Under the pieces are notes generated by a model. That model was not told where the DNA came from. It worked only from the letters and a program-made list of their open reading frames with translations, and did no database searches. DNA of 63,855 nucleotides, counting the filler, from Octopus bimaculoides (Eukaryota), in the NCBI RefSeq assembly GCF_001194135.2. It is 5 parts of 4 records of this genome, joined end to end, with 100 filler letters (N's around TTAATTAATTAA, not from the genome) between each part and the next. Parts side by side here need not be neighbours in the genome. Positions count along the whole stretch, not along the records: positions 48,250 to 57,012 come from NC_068987.1; positions 57,113 to 63,855 come from NC_068988.1; 3 more parts are not named here. One strand, given 5' to 3'. Below are positions 50,058-62,305 of the stretch, piece by piece; the first letter of the stretch is position 1; every line of letters starts with the position of its first letter. The translations under genes and the position numbers were made by a program.

Positions 50058-50220
50058 GGCGCAGGAGTGGCTGTGTGGTAAGAAACTTGCTTCCCAACTA
50101 CATGGTTCCGAGTTCAGTCCCACTGCGTGGCACCTTGGCCAAGTGTCTTCTACTATAGCCTTGGGCCAACCAAAGCCTTGTGAGTGAATTTGGTAGAAGG
50201 AAACTGAAAGAAGCCCGTCG

Positions 50221-50259
<39 letters not shown>

Positions 50260-50478
50260 TTTTGTATCTGTGTTTGTTCCCATACCATCGCTTGACAACC
50301 GACGTTGGTGTGTTTACGTCCCAGTAACTAGCGGCTAGGCAAAACAGATCGATGCTATAAGTACTAGGCTTACAAAGAATAAGTCCTGGGGTCAATTTGT
50401 TCGACTAAAGGCGGTGCTCCAGCATGGCTGCAGTCAAAATGACTGAAACAAGTAAAAGAATAAAAGAATAAAAGAATA
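50058..50478 (+). mobile_element. tRNA-derived CORE-like SINE (SINE-B) with internal (TA)n
   Basis: GGCGCAGGAGTGGCTGTGTGGTAAG..GAGTTCAGTCCC head; GGCACCTTGGCCAAGTG core-like segment; internal TA/TG tract; (TAAAAGAA)n tail. Confidence 0.85.
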
Positions 50479-50625
50479 TCGTTTTTAAAGTTAACTTAAG
50501 AAGGTAAGAAAATAGGTAATAGTTTGTATATACATATTTCAGTAGTTTTTCCTCTTTCTTCGGTACCTCGTCCAAAACATAAACCATCCACAAACACATT
50601 CCTTAAATAGCCATTAAGTTTAGCG

Positions 50626-50882
50626 GTGTTACACAATTGGATATACCGATTTTACCTATTAAATACATTCCTGACTCTAATTTCGAGTGAAAATCTGTAG
50701 CGAGTGAATCACACTGTTAACACAGAAGGATATAGTATTTACCTGTAAAGCCTTTGGTATACTTTGTAGTATATCATGGTTGCATAACGAAATACGGTGT
50801 CCCTGTTATCAATTAATATGCACTTAACAGTTGCTAGGAATATGTTAAATATTTAAAATTGGTATATCCAATTATGTTACAC
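50626..50882. mobile_element. MITE-like element with ~47-bp imperfect terminal inverted repeats
   Basis: GTGTTACACAATTGGATATACCGATTTTACCTATTAAATACATTCCT (50626-50672) vs the reverse complement of 50836-50882, GTGTAACATAATTGGATATACCAATTTTAAATATTTAACATATTCCT. Confidence 0.7.
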
Positions 50883-51289
50883 AATTATGAGTACCTAGAG
50901 CAGTGAATAATATTACAAATCCATCTCTGCTACCAACAGTTATAAACTTCGCCACTGCTGACAGAATTATAGAACTGGCAATCATAATGTTTTTAATTCG
51001 TAAATCATTTTCTCAACATAATATATGATGTAACACATAGCTTTCACTTGTTTTATAAAATGCTATAAATTAGTGTTTCTATATTTTTTTCTCTAATCGT
51101 CCGAATTTCCTCGTATTCCTGTTTCAGTATTATAAATCTCAAAAGTAATAAATGAATATTTTTTCAAAATTTATTTTTTCCTTGATTTGTAGGACTCATA
51201 ATTCCGTTTATCCGGTTCCCATGGCGTGTACGTGACCGAGATCTCAACATTCTTCTTGAAGAGTTCAAGATCAGTAATTTTTGAGGGGA

Positions 51290-51467
51290 GGGGAGAAGTT
51301 GATTACATCTACTCCTATACATGACTAATGCTTTATTTTATTAACCTCTAAAGAGAGGAAAGGCAAAGTTGATCTCTGCTGGATTTGAACTCAGGACATA
51401 AAGACCCGGAAGAAAGGCTCCTAAGCATTTCGTCCAGTTTGCTAACAATTCTGCCAGCTCACCGCCT
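51290..51467 (-). mobile_element. SINE-A, diverged
   Basis: GGATTTGAACTCAG..CTAAGCATTTCG..CTGCCAGCTCACCGCC. Confidence 0.75.
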
Positions 51468-51493
51468 TGCCACTTTTAATATAATATTAATAA

Positions 51494-52102
51494 GAGGCGG
51501 CGAGCTGGCAGAAACGGTAGCACGCCGGGTGAGATGTTTAGCGGTATTTCGTCTGCCGTTACATTCTGAGTTCAAATTCCGCCGAGGTCATCTTTATTTT
51601 TTATCCTTTCGGGATCGATAAATTAAGTACCAGTTGCGTACTGAGGTCGATCTAATCGACAGGCTCCCTCCCCCAAAATCTCGGGCCTTGTGCCTAGAGT
51701 AGAAAAGAATAATTTTGAAGGTGGCGAGCTGGAAGAAATGTTAGCACACCAGGCGAAATGCTTAGCGGTATTTCGTCTGCTGCTACGTTCTTAGTTCGAA
51801 TTCCGCCGAGGTCGACTTTGTCTTTCATCCTTTCGGTGTCGATAAATTAAGTACCAGTTACGCACTGGGGTTGATGTAATCGACTTAATCCCTTTGTCTG
51901 TCCTTGTTTGTCCACTCTATGTTTAGCCCCTTGTGAGCAATAAAGAAATAAGAAACGTTAGCACGCCGGGCGAAATGCTTAGCGGTATTTCGTCTGTCTT
52001 TACGTTCTGAGTTTTTGACTTTGCCTTTCATCCTTTCGGGGTCGATCTAATTGACTGGCTTTCTCCCCCAGAATCTCGGGCCTTGTGCCTAGAGGAGAAA
52101 AG
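51494..52102 (+). mobile_element. Three-unit SINE-A array bounded by one 16-bp direct repeat
   Basis: AATATAATATTAATAA at 51478-51493 and 52103-52118; units begin at about 51494, 51718 and 51950. Confidence 0.85.
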
Positions 52103-52709
52103 AATATAATATTAATAACTAAATAAATAATATTACGACAATATCAGCAAATTATGAGTTTTAAAGAGTAAGAGTTCCACTTGAGTGAAGCTAACGTCTT
52201 GATACCATTTCAAGTGGTCTTTTGTTCTTTCTTTTGGCCGATTTACATCCGTATTTATGACAAGACACTTCCCGTTGTGATAAAATGAATTCTCTGTAAT
52301 ATGTGTCAGGATGTTAATTCCAAGAAATAGTTGGCGTTGGTGGTGATCGTCTCTCTACGTGGACGCCGAACCTGCTAAAAAGAGTAGCCAAATTTCCTTC
52401 AATATCGTCTTAAACGCCGCCCCTCGCCTTAGCAAAAATCAGAAATTCATAAGCGCATGTATGGCTGTGCGGTTAGGAAGTTCGCTTTGCAACCACATAG
52501 CTTGGTGTTCGGTGCCACTTGGAGACAACTTTGGTTATAGTCTTCTAGTGTAATAGTAAAATCTGATTAATGCTTTGCGATTGAATTTGGCAGACGGAAA
52601 CTATGTGGATACTTTGATTTGCTGGAAACAGTTGTTAAGCCTTGGATGAATGAAGTAAGCAATGTAAGGCAAAAAAAAAAAAAGTTCCAATAAGACTTAC
52701 AAAACCCAA

Positions 52710-52888
52710 AAGGCGGTGAGCTGGCAGAAACGTTAGCACGCCGGGCGAAATGCTAAGCAGTATTTCGTCTATCTTTATGTTCTGAGTTCAAATTCCACCG
52801 AGGTTGATTTTGCCTTTCATTCTTTCGGGATCGATGAATTAAGTACCAGTTGCGTACTGGGATCAATCTAATCCACTGGCCCCCTCCC
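52710..52888 (+). mobile_element. SINE-A
   Basis: GGCGGTGAGCTGGCAGAAACGTTAGCACGCCGGGCGAAATGC..GAGTTCAAATTCC. Confidence 0.85.
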
Positions 52889-53420
52889 ATATTAATACGC
52901 TTAAATCAGAAATTTTGAAATTCAAGGTGCCTATTTACTTGCTGCATGTCTATGTATAATATATATATATCTTTGAGACACACAAATACTTCAGGTCATT
53001 GTTTTCAAAGCACACCTTTCCCTATCAGAACGACGCGTTGCTGATGTGACATCACTTATCTTCTAGAACAATTATTTAGTTATGTGAAGTAGGGGTGTGT
53101 CGTCACACAGGACATCAATCATCACTGCCATGAATTAGGTCTCGAGGTAGATTAAATCTCTGATATAAACATATATACACGCATATGCATACATACCTGC
53201 TTATGTGCGTATGTGTATATATGTATATGTATGTATGTATGGATATGTATGTATGTAAATATGGATGGATGTATGCGTGCATTTATCTATCTATCTATCT
53301 ATCAGTCTGTCTGTCTGTCTGTCTGTCTATCACACGTGCAAACTTACATATGTAACCTGCTTCTCTCATTCTCCTGATTACACGTGATGACAGTTATGTA
53401 TTTTTCTTTTATAATAATAA

Positions 53421-53740
53421 TCTCTTTTATTTTGTTTCAGTCATTTGACTGTGGCCATGCTGGAGCACCGCCTTTAGTCGAGCAAATCGACGCAAGGACT
53501 GATTCTTTGTGAGCCTAGTACTTATTCTATCGGTCTCTTTGCCGAATCGCTAAGTTACGGGGACATTAACACAACAGCGTCGGTTCTCAAGCGATGTTAG
53601 GGGGACAAACACAGGCACACACATACACACATATATAAATATATATACATATATACGACGGGCTTCTTTCAGTTTCCGTCTACCAAATCCACTCACAAGG
53701 CTTTGGTCGGCCCGAGGCTATAGTAGAAGATACTTGCCCA
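53421..53740 (-). mobile_element. SINE-B, 5'-truncated
   Basis: Reverse-complement match to 50130-50470, including the internal TA tract. Confidence 0.85.
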
Positions 53741-53989
53741 TTAATAATAATGATTTCTGTTTTAACCACAAAGGTTTACATTAAGAAAAACATTATGGAC
53801 AGTACAGGACAAAACAAAGAATGCGTGTGTGTATGTGTGTGTGTGAGTGTGTATTGTTGTGAGGGTTTTGCGTGTAAACAAGACTAACAAGATTTTAAAA
53901 ATATTAAAGAAAGTAAGAAATCAACAATGTGTGATCCTCAATAGGAAGGAAACGTCCGAGGGCTGCTCATGGAAAAACCCCATAAAAAT

Positions 53990-54290
53990 CCATAGGCACC
54001 CTGACATTTGGGACAGGTGCTTTTTTTTCCTTTCCTCGTTTCCAACTACATGCGTATGCTCAGGGCAGGCCCGTCCACTCGTACCATTCTCGACACTTTC
54101 ATCCACCTTTCAACAAACTGGCCAGAAGACAACACTTTCCTATCTACCCTTAGTTTCTTTTTCAAGTGAAACTTGAAGAAGTTCATCAGGGATTGACCGA
54201 AAAGAAAAGTGTTTGTCTTCAGCTCCTTCAATCTCGTCCACCACACAACCTCTTTCGCCATGGCCACCAGGCGTATAAAAACAGCCTTTC
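53990..54290 (-). mobile_element. L1/Tx1 ORF2 3' end
   Basis: AKEVVWWTRLKELKTNTFLFGQSLMNFFKFHLKKKLRVDRK, paralogous to 34640-34950. Confidence 0.75.
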
Positions 54291-55204
54291 CTGCCCGGTT
54301 ATATATATATATATATAAACATAATTAAGGGATCAGCAAATATTTGCTTCACCACATACCGAAGTTCAGAAATAGCAGCTAAAAAAGCTGAGAATCCCAC
54401 AGTATACGCAGATTTGTAATAATTATATATATNNNNNNNNNNNNNNNNNNNNNNNNNNNNNNNNNNNNNNNNNNNNNNNNNNNNNNNNNNNNNNNNNNNN
54501 NNNNNNNNNNNNNNNNNNNNNNNNNNNNNNNNNNNNNNNNNNNNNNNNNNNNNNNNNNNNNNNNNNNNNNNNNNNNNNNNNNNNNNNNNNNNNNNNNNNN
54601 NNNNNNNNNNNNNNNNNNNNNNNNNNNNNNNNNNNNNNNNNNNNNNNNNNNNNNNNNNNNNNNNNNNNNNNNNNNNNNNNNNNNNNNNNNNNNNNNNNNN
54701 NNNNNNNNNNNNNNNNNNNNNNNNNNNNNNNNNNNNNNNNNNNNNNNNNNNNNNNNNNNNNNNNNNNNNNNNNNNNNNNNNNNNNNNNNNNNNNNNNNNN
54801 NNNNNNNNNNNNNNNNNNNNNNNNNNNNNNNNNNNNNNNNNNNNNNNNNNNNNNNNNNNNNNNNNNNNNNNNNNNNNNNNNNNNNNNNNNNNNNNNNNNN
54901 NNNNNNNNNNNNNNNNNNNNNNNNNNNNNNNNNNNNNNNNNNNNNNNNNNNNNNNNNNNNNNNNNNNNNNNNNNNNNNNNNNNNNNNNNNNNNNNNNNNN
55001 NNNNNNNNNNNNNNNNNNNNNNNNNNNNNNNNNNNNNNNNNNNNNNNNNNNNNNNNNNNNNNNNNNNNNNNNNNNNNNNNNNNNNNNNNNNNNNNNNNNN
55101 NNNNNNNNNNNNNNNNNNNNNNNNGAAACTGGACCGAGACCAATTTGTGGGGTATGAGTTGATCTATATATAGCGTTAAGAGGGCTCCAAGACGGTGATA
55201 GAAT

Positions 55205-55345
55205 TTTACTCTATCACGTGACCTTATTAGGGGCCGTGATTGGTCAGTTTGCGTTCTGGCGGGAACGGTTCGAAGAAGTTGCCGATTCGAATAATGATCA
55301 GTCACGTGATGGACAAGGAATGGGTTCTCTACTACGCTCGCATTT
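55205..55345. promoter_or_regulatory. Candidate promoter/enhancer: two TCACGTGA E-boxes around an inverted CCAAT box
   Basis: TCACGTGAC at 55214-55222, ATTGG at 55239-55243, GTCACGTGA at 55301-55309; locally CpG-rich non-repeat sequence. Confidence 0.35.
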
Positions 55346-56323
55346 ATTTATATTTAAATGAGAAGATTGTATGTAATGGCGATAGTAGTTTGTATCTACT
55401 GGCGGGGGGTAGTTTCACTACATATATATATACATGTATATACACGTATATACACATGTATATTCGGATGAAAGCCAACCACCTTAGTGGCTTTATCGGT
55501 GAAACAAGTCCACTAATGGATCTTTTATTCCTATTTAAGATCGTTTCGCCATTTCAGTACACTTACGCTTCAAAAAAACAAAAATAGAAAAAAAAAAAAA
55601 AACCAAACCAAAACAAAACAGGGAACGGCGCGTGAGGGAGGGGCGAAAGACAAACCTTTTCTCATCAGTTTTACAAAATACTATTATCCTCTCTCTTCCA
55701 CTCATGGTTCCATCACACCATCAGAATACAGCAAACCACATACCGAGTCAAATTGTTTGCAATAAATAAGATAATATTTTTCTTGAATTTTTCCTATATT
55801 GGTTCACTCTGTTATTTAATTGTGTCTGATATTTATCAGCTGGATGGACATCCTCGTATAATACGGTGTATGATTTCCATGAGAACAACGTTCGTAACGC
55901 CGTAGAGAATGTTATTGACGTTTTACCGGGGGCATTTTCTCGTATTCTTTACATTTTTGTATGGGTGTGTATATATATACATTCCACATAAATGTCAATT
56001 TGGGGGTTTATTTTTTTCTCTGCTAAAGTAGATTGCATAATGTTTTTACTATGAAAACAAATCTCATAAGAAGGTGATATTTCCCTCAAATATAAACATA
56101 TTCTGATCGCGTATCCCGAGACTCGTTTTTTTTTACTTCATCTCCCCCCCCCCATAGCAAAATGCCGTTAACATATCTAGGACATTTATTTAAGGTCCCT
56201 AAAACATGAGGTTAGTAAGGCATAATCTATCATACATAAGAACACAAACACACACACATACACACATAGACAGATAGACACACACACAACATATATATGT
56301 GTGTGTGTATATCTATCTATCTA

Positions 56324-56360
<37 letters not shown>

Positions 56361-56452
56361 NNNNNNNNNNTGATATATATATATATATATTTAGAATTGT
56401 TGATAATAAATTTGTAGATTTAATATTATTAGTCGTTCATTTACAGTATGCA

Positions 56453-56490
<38 letters not shown>

Positions 56491-57112
56491 GGTGCTCTTA
56501 TGTATGATATATTATGTCTTACTAACCTCACACACACACACACACACATTTGTAAACGCTTCTGTTTACTTTGGCGGGTGAGTCGATATCTCTGGAACAA
56601 ACCACATATCGGTGACATATTTAATATTCAACGAAATTCGAAGGTAATTAGCGCTATGCAATCACACCTCCAATTGTTACTTTCCATTGTTGTTATTATT
56701 TAATTGCGGGTTAGCATTCCAGCCCTTATCATTTCCAGCCCCTTTGAATGTCAATGACTACTTCGTTCAAGTTCTTTCGATAGCAAAACCGAAGACAACT
56801 TACAAATCATTTAATTTTTATGGTATGAAGCTGTAAAAAATCAAGAAACGAGCATTGAATGTAGAAATGAGCGCGATATTTGGCGCTAGAAAGGTGCTCT
56901 GCCGGTCTTAGTATTCATTTTTAACTGAGTTCAAATTCCACCGAGGTCTAGTTTCCCTTTCAACTTCTCAGGGTCGATAAAATAAGTACCAGTTGAATAC
57001 TGGGATCGATGTNNNNNNNNNNNNNNNNNNNNNNNNNNNNNNNNNNNNNNNNNNNNTTAATTAATTAANNNNNNNNNNNNNNNNNNNNNNNNNNNNNNNN
57101 NNNNNNNNNNNN

Positions 57113-57154
<42 letters not shown>

Positions 57155-57476
57155 TAAATATATACTCACACATATATATATATGTGTATATACATAAGTA
57201 TATATACATATGTATATATGTATATATACATATATATATATGCATATATATATAAATATGTATGCATACATATATATATGTATTTATATATATGTGTGTG
57301 AATTTATAGGTACATGTATGCATGTATGTATATATGTGTGTATATACAAATATTTACATGCAGGTACATACGTGCCAAAACTTTGATACAAGCGCACGCA
57401 TATATATATATGTATGTATTATCTATGTACGAGTGTATGTATGCATGCATGTATGCGTATATCTTTATAGATATAC

Positions 57477-57558
<82 letters not shown>

Positions 57559-57770
57559 CAAATAAGCAATGAATAGCCGGTTCGATAACTGCTACGTGAC
57601 TGGAATTCTGGAGCAACCGTCAGTCTTTGCCTTATGAAAATATTATATATGCACACATACATATATAGACATACGTATGTATGTATATGTGCATTGTGTG
57701 TGTGTGTGTGTGTACGTTATAACTGTTTAACTATATACATAAATGGACCAATGGATAGATTTATAGACAC

Positions 57771-57801
<31 letters not shown>

Positions 57802-57900
57802 CATACATACATACATAAATAAATGCTCATATATTCACACACACGTTTTTACATACAAATACAAAATATACATACGTATACAAAACATACCAGGTTGTTT

Positions 57901-58034
57901 ACCAACCACATGATTGGGTGCTATCCCACTGCGTGGCACCTTGGGCGAGTGTTTTCTACTGTAGCCTCGGGCCAATTAAAGTGTTGTGAGTGGATTTGGT
58001 AGACTGAAACTGAAAGAAGCCTGTCGTATATATA

Positions 58035-58065
<31 letters not shown>

Positions 58066-58155
58066 NNNNNNNNNNAAGTCCTGTGTTCGACTAAAGGCGG
58101 TGCTCCAGCATGGCCGCAGTCAAATGACTGAAACAAATAAAAGAATAAAAGAATA
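57901..58155 (+). mobile_element. SINE-B (gap at the internal TG tract)
   Basis: GCGTGGCACCTTGGGCGAGTG core; 3' end GGCGGTGCTCCAGCATGGCC..TAAAAGAATA. Confidence 0.8.
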
Positions 58156-58502
58156 GACGAATATCACCATAGAATAATCACATCATCCATTCCAGCATTT
58201 TATATCCCAGACAAGTTACACCCAATCTTCGTTGATCCTAGAGGGCCCTCCAAATTCTTAAGATCGCCACATATTTTGAAAAATAATGCCCTGCATGGTT
58301 ACGGCCTACTGGCTGATAATAAGAAAGACATAGAAGAGTAGAAAATTTATTCAATGAAGCCATCAATAGGATGATGCCATTTTTAATTTACGAGTAATTA
58401 ACTTTACGCAATTTATAACAACATGGAATAAATGGAACCTCCTCTTGCGTGCTGCTAGATTATAAGCAATAGTAGCAATCAGCACTCACATATATATATA
58501 TG

Positions 58503-58564
<62 letters not shown>

Positions 58565-59410
58565 NNNNNNNNNNNNNNNNNNNNNNNNNNNNNNNNNNNN
58601 NNNNNNNNNNNNNNNNNNNNNNNNNNNNNNNNNNNNNNNNNNNNNNNNNNNNNNNNNNNNNNNNNNNNNNNNNNNNNNNNNNNNNNNNNNNNNNNNNNNN
58701 NNNNNNNNNNNNNNNNNNNNNNNNNNNNNNNNNNNNNNNNNNNNNNNNNNNNNNNNNNNNNNNNNNNNNNNNNNNNNNNNNNNNNNNNNNNNNNNNNNNN
58801 NNNNNNNNNNNNNNNNNNNNNNNNNNNNNNNNNNNNNNNNNNNNNNNNNNNNNNNNNNNNNNNNNNNNNNNNNNNNNNNNNNNNNNNNNNNNNNNNNNNN
58901 NNNNNNNNNNNNNNNNNNNNNNNNNNNNNNNNNNNNNNNNNNNNNNNNNNNNNNNNNNNNNNNNNNNNNNNNNNNNNNNNNNNNNNNNNNNNNNNNNNNN
59001 NNNNNNNNNNNNNNNNNNNNNNNNNNNNNNNNNNNNNNNNNNNNNNNNNNNNNNNNNNNNNNNNNNNNNNNNNNNNNNNNNNNNNNNNNNNNNNNNNNNN
59101 NNNNNNNNNNNNNNNNNNNNNNNNNNNNNNNNNNNNNNNNNNNNNNNNNNNNNNNNNNNNNNNNNNNNNNNNNNNNNNNNNNNNNNNNNNNNNNNNNNNN
59201 NNNNNNNNNNNNNNNNNNNNNNNNNNNNNNNNNNNNNNNNNNNNNNNNNNNNNNNNNNNCATATATATATATACTTTTTATTAAAGCTGCAAAATATTAA
59301 GAAACTATTGCTGAATTTCACGCTCCCGTTCGTCGGACAAGCATATTACTCTACCTTCGTTATTCGAATACTATTTTTTCCACCTTGTTTTATATTTACG
59401 TGTTTACTCA

Positions 59411-59467
<57 letters not shown>

Positions 59468-59659
59468 GCATAAATGTACATGCATACATATATACACATA
59501 TATACATATATATATAAATAAATATATATATACATATAGGTGTATACACACACCCACAAACGTAAAGTCACTGAATATAAATACATACCTAGTACATAGA
59601 TACACCTACCTATATATTAGGTATGCTTATATGCACACACACACGCACGCACACTTTAT

Positions 59660-59700
<41 letters not shown>

Positions 59701-59928
59701 AGTGAGCGGACGAACGAAAGGAAGAGGCGCTCAACTCATTTAATATGGGTTACATATGTTATTATATAAAACAGTTTGATTCGGCCCCATGCAACTTAAA
59801 GTTTCTGAGCCCAACGAGCTACGTTTCTGTAAGAAGACTGCGAAACTTGATGTTGCACTGAACCGAATCAAACTGTCTAAATAAATAATAATGATGATGA
59901 TGATGATGATGATGATGTCGACGACGAC

Positions 59929-59967
<39 letters not shown>

Positions 59968-60861
59968 TTACGTACGTGTGTGTATGCATATTCACGCTTA
60001 TGTACTTTTGACGTAATGTGAATTACACGCTTGGCTATTTCCTAATACACTCGTACGTTTTACAAATAGACCACCACTACTACTACTATTATTATTACCA
60101 CTGCTAACAATAATTAGAATAAGACTTTATAATTTTGGAACAAGGCCAGCATTTACAATGGGCCGGGCAATTCGAAAACATAGAATTCTGTAGTTGATTT
60201 GTATTTTATCGACCCTGGAATGATGAGTTAGTTGCAGCTGGATTTTAACTCTGAACATTAAAAAAAAAATCAAACTANNNNNNNNNNNNNNNNNNNNNNN
60301 NNNNNNNNNNNNNNNNNNNNNNNNNNNNNNNNNNNNNNNNNNNNNNNNNNNNNNNNNNNNNNNNNNNNNNNNNNNNNNNNNNNNNNNNNNNNNNNNNNNN
60401 NNNNNNNNNNNNNNNNNNNNNNNNNNNNNNNNNNNNNNNNNNNNNNNNNNNNNNNNNNNNNNNNNNNNNNNNNNNNNNNNNNNNNNNNNNNNNNNNNNNN
60501 NNNNNNNNNNNNNNNNNNNNNNNNNNNNNNNNNNNNNNNNNNNNNNNNNNNNNNNNNNNNNNNNNNNNNNNNNNNNNNNNNNNNNNNNNNNNNNNNNNNN
60601 NNNNNNNNNNNNNNNNNNNNNNNNNNNNNNNNNNNNNNNNNNNNNNNNNNNNNNNNNNNNNNNNNNNNNNNNNNNNNNNNNNNNNNNNNNNNNNNNNNNN
60701 NNNNNNNNNNNNNNNNNNNNNNNNNNNNNNNNNNNNNNNNNNNNNNNNNNNNNNNNNNNNNNNNNNNNNNNNNNNNNNNNNNNNNNNNNNNNNNNNNNNN
60801 NNNNNNNNNNNNNNNNNNNNNNNNNNNNNNTATATATATATAAATATATATATATATATTC

Positions 60862-61180
60862 ATTTATTCTTTTATTTGTTTCAGTCATTTGACCTAAAGA
60901 GTTATTCTTTGTAAGCCTAGTACATATTCTATCGTTCATTTTTACCGAACCGCTAAATTACGGGGACGTAAACACACCAACATCAGTTGTCAAGCGATGG
61001 TGGGGGTACGAAAACAGACACAGACACACACATATTAATATTTATACGACGAGCTTCTTTCAGTTTCCGTCTACCAAATCTACTCACAAGGCTTTGGTCG
61101 GCCCGAGGCTACAGAAGAAGACACATGCCCAAGGTGCCACGCGGTTGGTAAGCAGGCTACTTACCACACAGCCACTCCTG
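60862..61180 (-). mobile_element. SINE-B, with internal deletions
   Basis: Reverse-complement match to 50058-50478; head CAGGAGTGGCTGTGTGGTAAG. Confidence 0.8.
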
Positions 61181-61367
61181 AGAGAGAGAAACAGACGGAC
61201 AGACAGGTTTAGTGGTGCAGGAAAAATAGAACCCAAAACATTAGTATATACATATTTTCATAAATATTTAGCACAAGTAAAAGAGTTACTCAAGGGTCGG
61301 GAGTTTCATGAGTTAAGCACTTAACGAAACTCTCGGCTATCGTGTCACTCTGTTGCTCCTGTTAAAT

Positions 61368-61426
<59 letters not shown>

Positions 61427-61807
61427 TGCATGTATGTATGTACGTATGTATGCATGTATGTGTGCGTATGTATGTATATATGAATGCTTGTATATCAGTG
61501 TACATACATAAATGTGTGTGCATGTGTGTGTGTGTATGTGTGTGTGTTTGTGTGTGTGTGCGTGTGAGTGTGTGTATAAGGCGCGAAATTGTAATGATCT
61601 TCTGGACGTTGACTGATGAGGAATAAGCTGTTCGTTATGCTTTTGTAATATTTTTGTTTGTTGTGTTTTTGGTAAATTTTTGAAATATTTATCTATTTTT
61701 ATATCTATCTATCTATCTATCTGAATCTGTGTTTCTGTGCTTGTCCATACACGCAATCATACACACATACAAATAGACATATAGATATATATGTGTGTGT
61801 GTATGTA

Positions 61808-61872
<65 letters not shown>

Positions 61873-61882
61873 TCACACACAA

Positions 61883-61915
<33 letters not shown>

Positions 61916-62186
61916 TATGTACGTATGCATGTATGTATGTATGTATGTATGTATGTATGTATGAATGCAAATATTTGTATAAATACAAAGCTACAGACAC
62001 ACACACAGAAGAATGATTTCATTTACGTTTACAAATGTTTTAACACATTCTTATTTGTTCTTTCCGAGCTTGACAAATCATTAGAACCTTTTGAACAGAT
62101 TAAAAGTATAATTATAAACATATGTTATTCGCTTAACTACAAGATGAAAAAATACCGCCGGCTAAAATATGCGTGAAATATATATG

Positions 62187-62220
<34 letters not shown>

Positions 62221-62223
62221 ATG

Positions 62224-62305
<82 letters not shown>

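Noticed and set aside
52618-52700. Short maT-like peptide LLETVVKPWMNEVSN
   Set aside because: Probably a tiny transposase relic, but too short to annotate confidently or link to the copy at 47480-48149.
55126-55200. LYIDQL motif on the minus strand at the gap edge
   Set aside because: Suggests an RTE 3' fragment but is only about 25 codons; left unannotated.
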